From positions 1-53,141 of IMG/VR virus record IMGVR_UViG_3300047564_007050: a DNA stretch of 53,141 nucleotides; one strand, 5' to 3'. The notes beneath the pieces were generated by a model. The model was not told the DNA's origin. It saw only the letters and a program-made list of their open reading frames with translations, and did no database searches. Made by a program: the position numbers and the translations under genes. Shown piece after piece: positions 9,705 through 17,538 of the stretch (positions within the stretch are counted from its first letter, which is position 1; each line of letters begins with the position of its first letter). This DNA comes from a virus. Its lineage: Duplodnaviria; Caudoviricetes.

Positions 9705-12605
9705 TCACTTATATTTTTGCCAGAAATATTTATCTAAGTTATAGTAATCTGTAGTTTCGTCGGAAACTTCTTCCCAAACATTTCCTTCAGAATCTACGGT
9801 ACGTTCGGGCTCATATGAATCATTTATGTATCCGAAGGGCAAAACTTCTTCCTGCATGTTTTCAATTTTTTCTTCGGCTATCTTGGCCCTAACATTTATA
9901 TTGGTAATTTCTTTAAACGGTGCTTGTGTAGTTAACCACGAAAACATAACTAGGGTCATGACCAAATCGTCATGACATCCTGGCTCGGCAGAATATGTCG
10001 TATAATTTGAGACAAATGAGGTTAGCTCAGTTATAATATTATAATCTTGAACTAATAGCTTATTAGTTTCTATAAGCTCTTTTAAATTTGCACACCCAAT
10101 TGATTTTATTTGAGTGGTCATTTTTATGCCTAATTTTGCATTTTTTCTAAACCCAGCCGAAATTCTTTGTCCACCTCGACCCATATTGGTTGTTGCAAAT
10201 ACATTTTCATATTCTAAATCTTTATGTAAAAGATCTACTACTTGAGAGCCGATGCTATTACTCTCAATTAAACAATGCGCAGAATTATATCTCAATGCAG
10301 TATTAAATATAACTGATGGAAAAACCATCGGAGATATTTTATTATTGTAGTATTTCGCAACAATTTTATACGGCACTTCAGATACATCAACAACAGTAAA
10401 TGCTGAGTAGTCTAAATTTTGACCCTCTGACGTATCAACTGAGATAACATATATATGATTTGGCTTAGGGTCTTCATACACATCTAAGCTGTCTGCTATT
10501 TTTTTAATTGGGTCAATCCAAGTTAAAGTTTTTAACTTTGTTCCTGAAATTAAAGTGTTGGTCGATCCCAAGAATTCTGTGTTAAACTCTTGGTCAAACT
10601 TTTCTTTACCTAGCTGCTTTATTTGATCTTCAGCCCATCGCTGGTCTCTGCCAGGAACAACCGACCAATGTGCCTCTATGGGTTTATATAAGTTTCTGTT
10701 ATTGATAGCATCTGTCCAGAATCTATAAAATAAATTCATTCCATTTGGAGTAGACACCATTATAACTTTAGTCGTATTACCCGAAGAAATTGTTGGATAT
10801 ACTGAAGTGATGAATTCTTCGGCGATGTTTTGTGGCACGAAGGCAAATTCATCTAAAAATATGCACTGGTGAACTAAAAAGTTATTACAATAATAACTAT
10901 GAGTATCTTCAACTTCTAATAGATCATACACATCAATTTTTTTATGGCATTCTATGTTGGTGACTTCATAAAAATAACCATCAAAATTTAATATGCTTCT
11001 ACCCAAACAATCTTTAGCTTCAATATAACCAATGTCAGTAAATAGCATGTGCTCTGAGGTGCACACAATTTCGCCAGCATCACTAGTTAATTTTATCGTG
11101 TTTTGTTTTTTGGTTTTCTTTATTCCGCAAAAGTCTTTGTATCCTTTTTCTGTGAGAACTTCGATTTTTTTAAATTCTCTTTGTGGTCTTCTGTTAAAGG
11201 TTTGCCAAGTTTTGCCTGACGCATTTTTTCTAGAACTTCTTGAGAGTATATTCCTTTCTTCCCTTTGTTCCAAGGAACACGACCCTTTGCAGCGTCGCTC
11301 ATTCTTGTTCTCGACTCTTCTGAGCGTTTCATGCCACGATGCGTCTCTGCCATTTTTCGTATCTTTTCCGGATTCTTGTTGATTTTTGCAACATGTTCTG
11401 GAGATTTCTTTAGTCCAGTTAAGCCCCTCGATATATTCTCTCGATGCCTCTGTGTCTTGGGAATTCCTCTGAGTCTTCCCAAGTTGGCCTTGGATATTTT
11501 TTCCTTTGCTGTTTGAGATAGAGTTTTTCCTAATTGAATTTCTCTTAAACAATCTCGCAAACGAGCAGATTCTCGACTGCTTACCCTGTGGTATTGTCTC
11601 GTATGAGTCATCATGGCATAGGCCCACATCATACTTGTTTTGTACTCTTCGGTTACAAATTTTGTTAAAAGTCTGTGACAAATAATGTGATGTCTTGTTG
11701 GCAAAGCAACTAAATTTTCTAAAGAATCTGAGCCGCCCATGCTTCTTGGAATCATATGATGCTTCTCTAATCTCACATTCAGATGCGAGTAGTCTTTTGT
11801 CACTATTTTCATGTATAAGTTTTTGTATTTGTTCTCTATGAACATATTGAACCTCATTACCATAATCTCGTCTTTCATATTTAGACGAATTGGCAATTAC
11901 TTTATACAATTCTTTTAGAGAAATTTCAAACTCTTCACCATCGATTTTAATCTTGGTGATGGAGTCTCCTGATACACAATTAAATGTATTACCACGAGCA
12001 GAAGATGATGCGGTGGCTGCCGCAATAACTTTGGAACCATTTTCTAATTCAATGGAACCTTTGTTCCAAATTTGAACACCTTGCTGCATCCACATAGGTA
12101 TGTGCTCATATGCAAGCCTGAGCTTTGACAATATATCTCTGGCTGTTGATGCCTTATTTGCCAATATTGCTATGTTTTGCATCGGGCCGAACAATACTGT
12201 CCAGAGAATGTATGCTATGGTTACGGTTGAGTTGTGGCTTAAAATATTGTTGGTATAGAATCTATGGTCATTTGATTCTACCGTAAGATCAAACATATTT
12301 GATGACGAGTCTAGTTTTTTCACAGACTTAATGACTTCTGCGCCATCTTTAGTCTGTATTTTTGTTAGTCCGGCAATGCAATCTTTTAGATATATTTCAT
12401 CTAAGTTAGAATCAAATAATATGTGAGTATCGGCTGCAATTAAAGATTTGCCACTATCGGTTACAACTTCCCACTTATCATACTCTATTGTTTTATGAAT
12501 GTGGGTAAGAGGTTGCCATCCAGAATCAGTTAGAATCTCGAAATCACCAGTCAATTCTATCGTATCAATAAATTTTCTTTCTACTTGTTCAGAAAGCATA
12601 AACAC
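9705..12605 (-). CDS. gp17: Terminase large subunit, C-terminal gene piece: split-intein C-half + middle extein + cis intein 2 + ATPase/nuclease extein (likely start ATG 12599)
   Basis: Extein motifs ILANKASTA, WNKGSIELENGSK, IFLDEFAF (Walker B), STPNGMN, VDTSEG, HDDLVM. Intein end motifs ILSHN/S and LVHQ/C. Confidence 0.95.
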   Translation of the reverse strand: MFMLSEQVERKFIDTIELTGDFEILTDSGWQPLTHIHKTIEYDKWEVVTDSGKSLIAADTHILFDSNLDEIYLKDCIAGLTKIQTKDGAEVIKSVKKLDSSSNMFDLTVESNDHRFYTNNILSHNSTVTIAYILWTVLFGPMQNIAILANKASTARDILSKLRLAYEHIPMWMQQGVQIWNKGSIELENGSKVIAAATASSSARGNTFNCVSGDSITKIKIDGEEFEISLKELYKVIANSSKYERRDYGNEVQYVHREQIQKLIHENSDKRLLASECEIREASYDSKKHGRLRFFRKFSCFANKTSHYLSQTFNKICNRRVQNKYDVGLCHDDSYETIPQGKQSRICSFARLFKRNSIRKNSISNSKGKNIQGQLGKTQRNSQDTEASREYIEGLNWTKEISRTCCKNQQESGKDTKNGRDASWHETLRRVENKNERRCKGSCSLEQREERNILSRSSRKNASGKTWQTFNRRPQREFKKIEVLTEKGYKDFCGIKKTKKQNTIKLTSDAGEIVCTSEHMLFTDIGYIEAKDCLGRSILNFDGYFYEVTNIECHKKIDVYDLLEVEDTHSYYCNNFLVHQCIFLDEFAFVPQNIAEEFITSVYPTISSGNTTKVIMVSTPNGMNLFYRFWTDAINNRNLYKPIEAHWSVVPGRDQRWAEDQIKQLGKEKFDQEFNTEFLGSTNTLISGTKLKTLTWIDPIKKIADSLDVYEDPKPNHIYVISVDTSEGQNLDYSAFTVVDVSEVPYKIVAKYYNNKISPMVFPSVIFNTALRYNSAHCLIESNSIGSQVVDLLHKDLEYENVFATTNMGRGGQRISAGFRKNAKLGIKMTTQIKSIGCANLKELIETNKLLVQDYNIITELTSFVSNYTTYSAEPGCHDDLVMTLVMFSWLTTQAPFKEITNINVRAKIAEEKIENMQEEVLPFGYINDSYEPERTVDSEGNVWEEVSDETTDYYNLDKYFWQKYK
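11120..11845 (-). CDS. HNH homing endonuclease with NUMOD3-like repeats, nested in the +1 frame inside intein 2
   Basis: EKHHMIPRSMGGSDSLENLVALPTRHHIICHRLL (HNH); repeats GKTLSQTAKEKISKA, GMKRSEESRTRMS, PWNKGK, GKPLTEDHKENL. GAGGT SD 5 nt before ATG 11845; the ORF track extends it to 11896. Confidence 0.92.
   Translation of the reverse strand: MFIENKYKNLYMKIVTKDYSHLNVRLEKHHMIPRSMGGSDSLENLVALPTRHHIICHRLLTKFVTEEYKTSMMWAYAMMTHTRQYHRVSSRESARLRDCLREIQLGKTLSQTAKEKISKANLGRLRGIPKTQRHRENISRGLTGLKKSPEHVAKINKNPEKIRKMAETHRGMKRSEESRTRMSDAAKGRVPWNKGKKGIYSQEVLEKMRQAKLGKPLTEDHKENLKKSKFSQKKDTKTFAE
11878..11884 (-). promoter_or_regulatory. Possible internal late promoter CTAAATA for the nested HNH gene
   Basis: Same variant as upstream of gp20 (6171-6177); about 33 nt before the HNH ATG. 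Confidence 0.45.
12231..12599 (-). mobile_element. Split intein 1, C-terminal half (about 123 aa)
   Basis: EILTDSGWQP, block B AADTHILF, blocks F/G MFDLTVESNDHRFYTNNILSHN followed by Ser+1. It has no N-terminal Cys block and has its own ATG. Confidence 0.92.
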
Positions 12606-13618
12606 TCATCTATAACTTTTTTTGGATTTTGTTTGTATTCAGATTCCCAAATTATTAAATAATCATATCCATTATCCATCGCAAACTTTTGTTTGATTAA
12701 ATCAATATTCCATTTATCTTTAGCCGACATATTTAATCTGGCGTGAAAATAGTTGGCATCATATTTTGATGGATTGCAATGCCAGTAATCACCATGATAT
12801 TCAATTATCTTATTTTTACACATCATGTCATATATCCAACTAGAGCCAACTATCGATTGTTGAGTTTTTAAATCGAAATGTTTAGCTAGTATATCTGAAA
12901 GTTCTCTTTCAGCTTTAGAGATGCATATGTCAGGATTCATTTTTTTCTGATTGATTAAAGTTTTTTCTTCTGGACTTTTTGCATCTAACGTGGCTAACCA
13001 CTTTTCTTGTCTAGCTTTCCAGATTTCAGTTCCCTTTTCTTGACCAAATTTTTTGACACATTTTTCAAGAGAAAAGGTTGACTGGCGTTTAGACAGCTCT
13101 TTTTGTGCATCTTCGTGAGAAAATCCACGCTTAATATAAAATTCCGTCGTGGTGTTTGTGTTGTGCGACTCCTTACGCTTTTTTGATATTCTCTCATGAA
13201 TTTTTGCATCTTTACCGTGAATAAATTTTTCTGAAAATGGTGAATATTTTCCTCCATGCTGATACGCTGGATTCTTATCACCTTTAATTCTTTCAGATTG
13301 CTCTTTTAGGTAAGATTCACTTCTTATTGCAGAATTTGGAAATTTTTCTTTGTACTCATCAATAGTGCAGTGCATCCGCGTGATATGAGATGTCAAGTCA
13401 TTCGATTTCATTTCACAAAGCTCACACTTAACCGCATGGATTAAATTTTTATTTTTTTCGAGTTTGGCAACTCTCATTCTTTCAAGTTGTGCTTGATATA
13501 GTTGCTCTGTTCGTTTTTTCCTACATTCATCAGAGCAGCAAGCGCTTTTCGTGCTCTTCACAAACTGCTTTGCACAAACTAAGCAATTCTTCAAATTTTG
13601 AATCTTTGCAGATTTCAT
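12581..13618 (-). CDS. Free-standing Vsr-like (PD-(D/E)XK) homing endonuclease between the split-intein halves
   Basis: N-terminal Zn fingers CLVC...CCSDEC and CELC...H...H; C-terminal SKAERE...YD...IIEYHGDYWHCNP...YDYLIIWESEY. AGGA SD. Confidence 0.9.
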   Translation of the reverse strand: MKSAKIQNLKNCLVCAKQFVKSTKSACCSDECRKKRTEQLYQAQLERMRVAKLEKNKNLIHAVKCELCEMKSNDLTSHITRMHCTIDEYKEKFPNSAIRSESYLKEQSERIKGDKNPAYQHGGKYSPFSEKFIHGKDAKIHERISKKRKESHNTNTTTEFYIKRGFSHEDAQKELSKRQSTFSLEKCVKKFGQEKGTEIWKARQEKWLATLDAKSPEEKTLINQKKMNPDICISKAERELSDILAKHFDLKTQQSIVGSSWIYDMMCKNKIIEYHGDYWHCNPSKYDANYFHARLNMSAKDKWNIDLIKQKFAMDNGYDYLIIWESEYKQNPKKVIDECLCFLNK

Positions 13619-13967
13619 AAAGTTTTCCTATTTCTAAAGTTATAATATAAGTTTTTTTGTATCTTATCACAACTTTAGTATTTATGTCAACACATTTTCC
13701 AACCTGGCGCGGAAGTTTCGCTATGGTAAATCTATGATCAATATACGACTTCAATAACTCTTTTTGAAAATCATACAAATCAAATGGCACCAAACCTTTA
13801 TCGACATGAACAATTTTCATGTACTTTTGAATGAAGTAGAGTGGATCTTGAGTGCATCTAATTCTCTCTTCTATCTGCTCTCTGGTAAAAACGTACTCAA
13901 CACCAGGAGCCTTTAAAGTAGGATTGCCTTTGTATATTCTTATTTGATTTGTTGGTATTGCATTCAT
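13530..13967 (-). CDS. gp17: Terminase large subunit, N-terminal gene piece (91-aa extein + split-intein N-half)
   Basis: YKGNPTLK, CTQDPLYFIQKY, GLVPFDLYDFQ, LPRQVGK (Walker A first half), then CVDINTKV. Confidence 0.95.
   Translation of the reverse strand: MNAIPTNQIRIYKGNPTLKAPGVEYVFTREQIEERIRCTQDPLYFIQKYMKIVHVDKGLVPFDLYDFQKELLKSYIDHRFTIAKLPRQVGKCVDINTKVVIRYKKTYIITLEIGKLYEICKDSKFEELLSLCKAVCEEHEKRLLL
13533..13694 (-). mobile_element. Split intein 1, short N-terminal half (about 30-aa core, 54 aa to stop)
   Basis: Block A CVDINTKVVIR...IGKLY immediately after GK. The frame then closes with TGA TGA ATG TAG. Confidence 0.9.
13679..13685 (-). promoter_or_regulatory. Possible internal late promoter ATAAATA for the Vsr-like endonuclease and the downstream terminase half
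   Basis: Lies within intein codons I-N-T, about 60 nt upstream of ATG 13618. Confidence 0.45.
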
Positions 13968-13975
13968 ATTAAAAC

Positions 13976-14485
13976 CTACTCGCCCAACTTCTTCTTAGTC
14001 ATATTTGCAATGATCTCATCTAATTGTGCGGTGTTTCCAATGAAAAGATTGTTATTAACAATTTCGCTAGATTCAGATTTTCCCGAATCGCTTTCAATTT
14101 TGTTCTTATCTTTATGTATCGTCATTAAGTCTTTTTGAGCACTAGCGATAGTATTCACCATTAATGAAATTACTTCATATGCTCTCGGATGCTGACTTTG
14201 TTGCGCAATATCAACTAGGCTATTAAGAGCGTCGATTGACCTTTCAGTTATTGTATATAAGTTATTTCTTATATAATTATAATCAGTTTCTAAATGATTT
14301 GAGTTTGAATCTATTACAACTAAATCTGCTTTATGCTTATCTTCAGGTGTTTTTTTAGGCTCTACTTTTATATGCGAGTCTTCACCTTCAACCTCAAGAG
14401 TATTTTCAAGAATTTTTTTTAAATCATCTTCAGTAGCAATAAAATCATTGTCTAAAAATTCATATTTTTTCACCTTATCACTCAT
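13976..14485 (-). CDS. gp16: Terminase small subunit (gp16)
   Basis: DYNYIRNNL, QHPRAYEV, NNNLFIGNTAQL; immediately upstream of gp17. Confidence 0.95.
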   Translation of the reverse strand: MSDKVKKYEFLDNDFIATEDDLKKILENTLEVEGEDSHIKVEPKKTPEDKHKADLVVIDSNSNHLETDYNYIRNNLYTITERSIDALNSLVDIAQQSQHPRAYEVISLMVNTIASAQKDLMTIHKDKNKIESDSGKSESSEIVNNNLFIGNTAQLDEIIANMTKKKLGE

Positions 14486-14500
14486 TCATAACCTCATATT

Positions 14501-15391
14501 TTATTTTATGGTGGGTTTATATACTATTAGGTCACTCTCAATAACACCGGTTGCAATTTTATGTGTAATTTGAACATCTACTCCGGTTGCCGGATCTCTA
14601 ACCTTGTCGTCATTAAATGTTTCTACTGTTTCAATATATCCAAAGGTCTCGTCAAATTTTGCATCTGCCGGATCTATATCTGTAGTAACTCTAAACACTC
14701 TAGGTATAGTTTGCCTAACCATTGGATCATCTAGGTCAGCCGAAATTCTAGCTGCATATGTGTCTACTATAGTTTTAGTTATCAATTCTCTGCTCATTAC
14801 TGGACCATAGAATATGGCTTTAACTGTAAAGTTAAGGTTCCACATCACTTGTCTTCTACTAGACCAATCTTGAGAATATGAGTCGTCTAAAGATACATTA
14901 TTTAAAATTACCGGAACATCATCTTTATGATTTAATTCTGGTATTGTATTTACCGTTACAGTAAACCCCGGAGTAAACCAAGGTATAATTTGTTCAAAAA
15001 TTTGATTTGCCTCGTCTATATATTTTGATATTATTGTTAAAGTTATGCCAATATCATAGGGCACACCATTATATTGGTGATTAACTGTACCGCTAGAATC
15101 AGTTTTCGATATCTGCTTCTTTATAGTATTTAACTTTCTATCACTATCATAACTAATTGAAACTATTTCAAATGCCATTCTGGGCAATTTTATTGAATAT
15201 GTGCGGTCTAGATTAGGATCTGAATTTAATCTAGCTAAAAACTTTTCTGTTGGTCCATATGATAACGGCACTCTAAGACGCTCAACCTCATTTTCACCAA
15301 GCCGTCGAACAACAATAATATTGGAAAATATTAACCCAAAGCTGGCTATTATTTTTCTTAATGTTTGGTGATAAAATGGCTTTCCAAACAT
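14501..15391 (-). CDS. gp15: Tail sheath stabiliser / tail terminator (gp15)
   Basis: FYHQTLRK, VPLSYGPTEKF, LPRMAFE, QIFEQIIPWFTP, YGPV. Confidence 0.96.
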   Translation of the reverse strand: MFGKPFYHQTLRKIIASFGLIFSNIIVVRRLGENEVERLRVPLSYGPTEKFLARLNSDPNLDRTYSIKLPRMAFEIVSISYDSDRKLNTIKKQISKTDSSGTVNHQYNGVPYDIGITLTIISKYIDEANQIFEQIIPWFTPGFTVTVNTIPELNHKDDVPVILNNVSLDDSYSQDWSSRRQVMWNLNFTVKAIFYGPVMSRELITKTIVDTYAARISADLDDPMVRQTIPRVFRVTTDIDPADAKFDETFGYIETVETFNDDKVRDPATGVDVQITHKIATGVIESDLIVYKPTIK

Positions 15392-15396
15392 AAACT

Positions 15397-16275
15397 CTAC
15401 TCTTCAGAAAACGGATTAGACTCAGTAAAATCAATAAATTCAATATCATTAAAGGCTTTATTCTGACTAGAGTAATCATCTTTAATGTCAGATGTATCTA
15501 TATTTTCAGATAATGTTGCCTGAGCATTACTAATTGAGCCTTTTATATTGCCATTAATTGAAACAAAATCTCCGTAGACATCTTTTATTTTCATTTCTGT
15601 AGCAGATGCATACTCAATAAATCTTGCTCTGGATGTTGCACTTAAAATGCTATCGCCCTGAAATATTAATTCATTTTCAGTAAATGTTCCTGTAGAATTT
15701 TGTATCTTTAACACAAATACTTCAGAACCATCGGCAATATTTTCATCCAAATCTGCGATGCCAGTAGATATATTTTCATCTTGAAATGCATATTGTTCAC
15801 AGCGCAAGTCGAACGTGTAAAATTCTCCAAGATTATAGAATGTGCTTGCCTCATTAACAAACATAATTTCATATAAACCAACTGCTGTACTTAATGGCAA
15901 ATATATTAAATCTCCTTCTCTCGGTCGAGTCATCTCCGAGCCAAATACTTTAGAAAATGATCGCCTAGATATTGAAAAAGTTATCTGATTTCTTATCTCT
16001 AAACCAAATTTGCTTAATACGTTACCGTCACCTTGAAATCCATCAAAATCTCTTACGTATACTTCTATGTGGTGGTAATCATTAAAATTAGCTAAGGGGT
16101 CTTCTCTTAAAATAGGATCGACTTTTTCCAAATTTCTAGGAATATAGATAACATCTATCGCATGAATTTTTATTGATTCTTCAACCAAATCTTGCAATAG
16201 ATTTTGTTCGGTTTTTTGGCGGTATAAATTGAAGTATTTATTGCTAGGCACAGATAAATCCCCTAAATTAACCAA
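15397..16275 (-). CDS. gp14: Neck protein (gp14)
   Basis: EQNLLQDLVEESIK, YIPR, SKFGLEIR, RPREGDLIYLP, DFTESNPFSE. Confidence 0.96.
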   Translation of the reverse strand: MVNLGDLSVPSNKYFNLYRQKTEQNLLQDLVEESIKIHAIDVIYIPRNLEKVDPILREDPLANFNDYHHIEVYVRDFDGFQGDGNVLSKFGLEIRNQITFSISRRSFSKVFGSEMTRPREGDLIYLPLSTAVGLYEIMFVNEASTFYNLGEFYTFDLRCEQYAFQDENISTGIADLDENIADGSEVFVLKIQNSTGTFTENELIFQGDSILSATSRARFIEYASATEMKIKDVYGDFVSINGNIKGSISNAQATLSENIDTSDIKDDYSSQNKAFNDIEFIDFTESNPFSEE

Positions 16276-17497
16276 CTAAAAATTCTGGTGGAAATTCAAA
16301 CTCTTTCCTAACTCGGTCTCTAAGTATTCTTATTTCTTCAACGCCCTCATCATATATCTGTTGTCCGTTTAAAGTCACACCTCCGGGCAAAGATATTCCT
16401 GAATATTTTTTTAAATTCGCACCCCACTGCATTTTTAATAGCCCATATGCATATTCTCGAACAAATTCATCAGTATATATTTCAGTGTATACTGATGGAT
16501 TTAATGCTATCCAAGCCTCAAAGATAACCCACTTGTCTATCATTGATGGACGCAAATCTACATACACACGATCAGTTTTTCTGTTAAATCTTATGCCTTG
16601 AACTCCCCTAAACATAAATTCCCACATACTTATATATCTTTTATATATATCGTAAGTGACCAAATCGGTGGAGGCCAAATTAAACATATTATTGAGAGCA
16701 AATTGATACTGAAAATCAAACATACCACCAAGATTTCCACCAATAGTTGATGATTGTTGTGGAATTATATTGGTGATGCTAATTGCCTTTGTTCCTATAT
16801 GAATATATTTTGTATCTATGTTGCCTAAAGTTATTGCTAAATCTGTATTTTGTATTGTTACCGGATTAGCCACACTTTCTATAGTAACTTGTTCGCCCGG
16901 AATAAAACATTTATCATTGTTTGTATAAAACCTAATTATGCTACCATCCGTATTTTTGTCGTAAAAAGTTGCTATAGTGCCGCTTAGTGCCCCAACCATA
17001 GCTGCACCAACTTCAGGCGAATCTAATAAAGCAGTTTGCAACTTCATAGTTGAAGCTGTAATTTGATGATGTAAGTATGACCTTTGAATTCCGTCAAAAT
17101 GATAGTCTCTAAAATAAAGTAGCGCCTCATCAATGCGGTCTTCAATTTGTTGGTCATCTAAGTTTATATCTAATACCGGAGCACCTAATCTCCTTAAACA
17201 CCAATGAATTAAGTTTTTTCTTCCGGCAATTGAATTTGGTGTAGCTGCCTCGTCTGCTGGAGGAACATACACTTCGATCATGTAATTTGCCAATACAATA
17301 TCAGAAGAGTCAACATCAAAATTGAATGTTATGATGTTATCTTCTATTGTATAATCACTTAAGCTACTAGAATTTTGCAATAATCCATTTAAAAATATTG
17401 ACTGAGTTCCTTGTATCGGAAATTTAGATAATGTATATGTTCTTGCTCCTAACTTTTGTGGCGTTTCATTAGTAACAAAATATTGCTGAATAGACAT
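16268..17497 (-). CDS. gp13: Neck protein (gp13) with an N-terminal extra domain
   Basis: CLRRLGAPVLDINLDDQQIEDRIDEAL, YHFDG, QWGANLKKYSGISLPGGVTLNG; GATAAATA at 17527-17534. Confidence 0.96.
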   Translation of the reverse strand: MSIQQYFVTNETPQKLGARTYTLSKFPIQGTQSIFLNGLLQNSSSLSDYTIEDNIITFNFDVDSSDIVLANYMIEVYVPPADEAATPNSIAGRKNLIHWCLRRLGAPVLDINLDDQQIEDRIDEALLYFRDYHFDGIQRSYLHHQITASTMKLQTALLDSPEVGAAMVGALSGTIATFYDKNTDGSIIRFYTNNDKCFIPGEQVTIESVANPVTIQNTDLAITLGNIDTKYIHIGTKAISITNIIPQQSSTIGGNLGGMFDFQYQFALNNMFNLASTDLVTYDIYKRYISMWEFMFRGVQGIRFNRKTDRVYVDLRPSMIDKWVIFEAWIALNPSVYTEIYTDEFVREYAYGLLKMQWGANLKKYSGISLPGGVTLNGQQIYDEGVEEIRILRDRVRKEFEFPPEFLVG

Positions 17498-17538
17498 ATA
17501 TTAATCCGATGTTAAAAATATAATAGTATTTATCTGCA

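Larger units (their letters stand above)
10866..11978 (-). mobile_element. Intein 2: contiguous, 371 aa, ending in His-Gln, inserted just before Walker B
   Basis: Starts CVSGDSITKI; block B CTSEHML; blocks F/G VYDLLEVEDTHSYYCNNFLVHQ followed by Cys+1. Removal restores ARGNTFN-CIFLDEFAF. Confidence 0.92.

Noticed and set aside
11120-11896. Sequencing frameshifts displacing an originally in-frame intein endonuclease
   Set aside because: It would need two compensating errors and would still not explain ~240 stop-free codons in the other frame or the dedicated SD. Raw reads should still be checked.
11120-11900. Group I intron carrying the HNH gene
   Set aside because: There is no non-coding room for a ribozyme core. 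The HNH begins about 45 nt after the IntN core and its end overlaps IntC codons, and the host frame is open anyway.
12606-13532. Stop-codon recoding or read-through joining the two in-frame terminase pieces
   Set aside because: The frame closes with TGA TGA ATG TAG (mixed stops). TAA, TAG and TGA all end normal genes in this window and none of the tRNAs is a suppressor.
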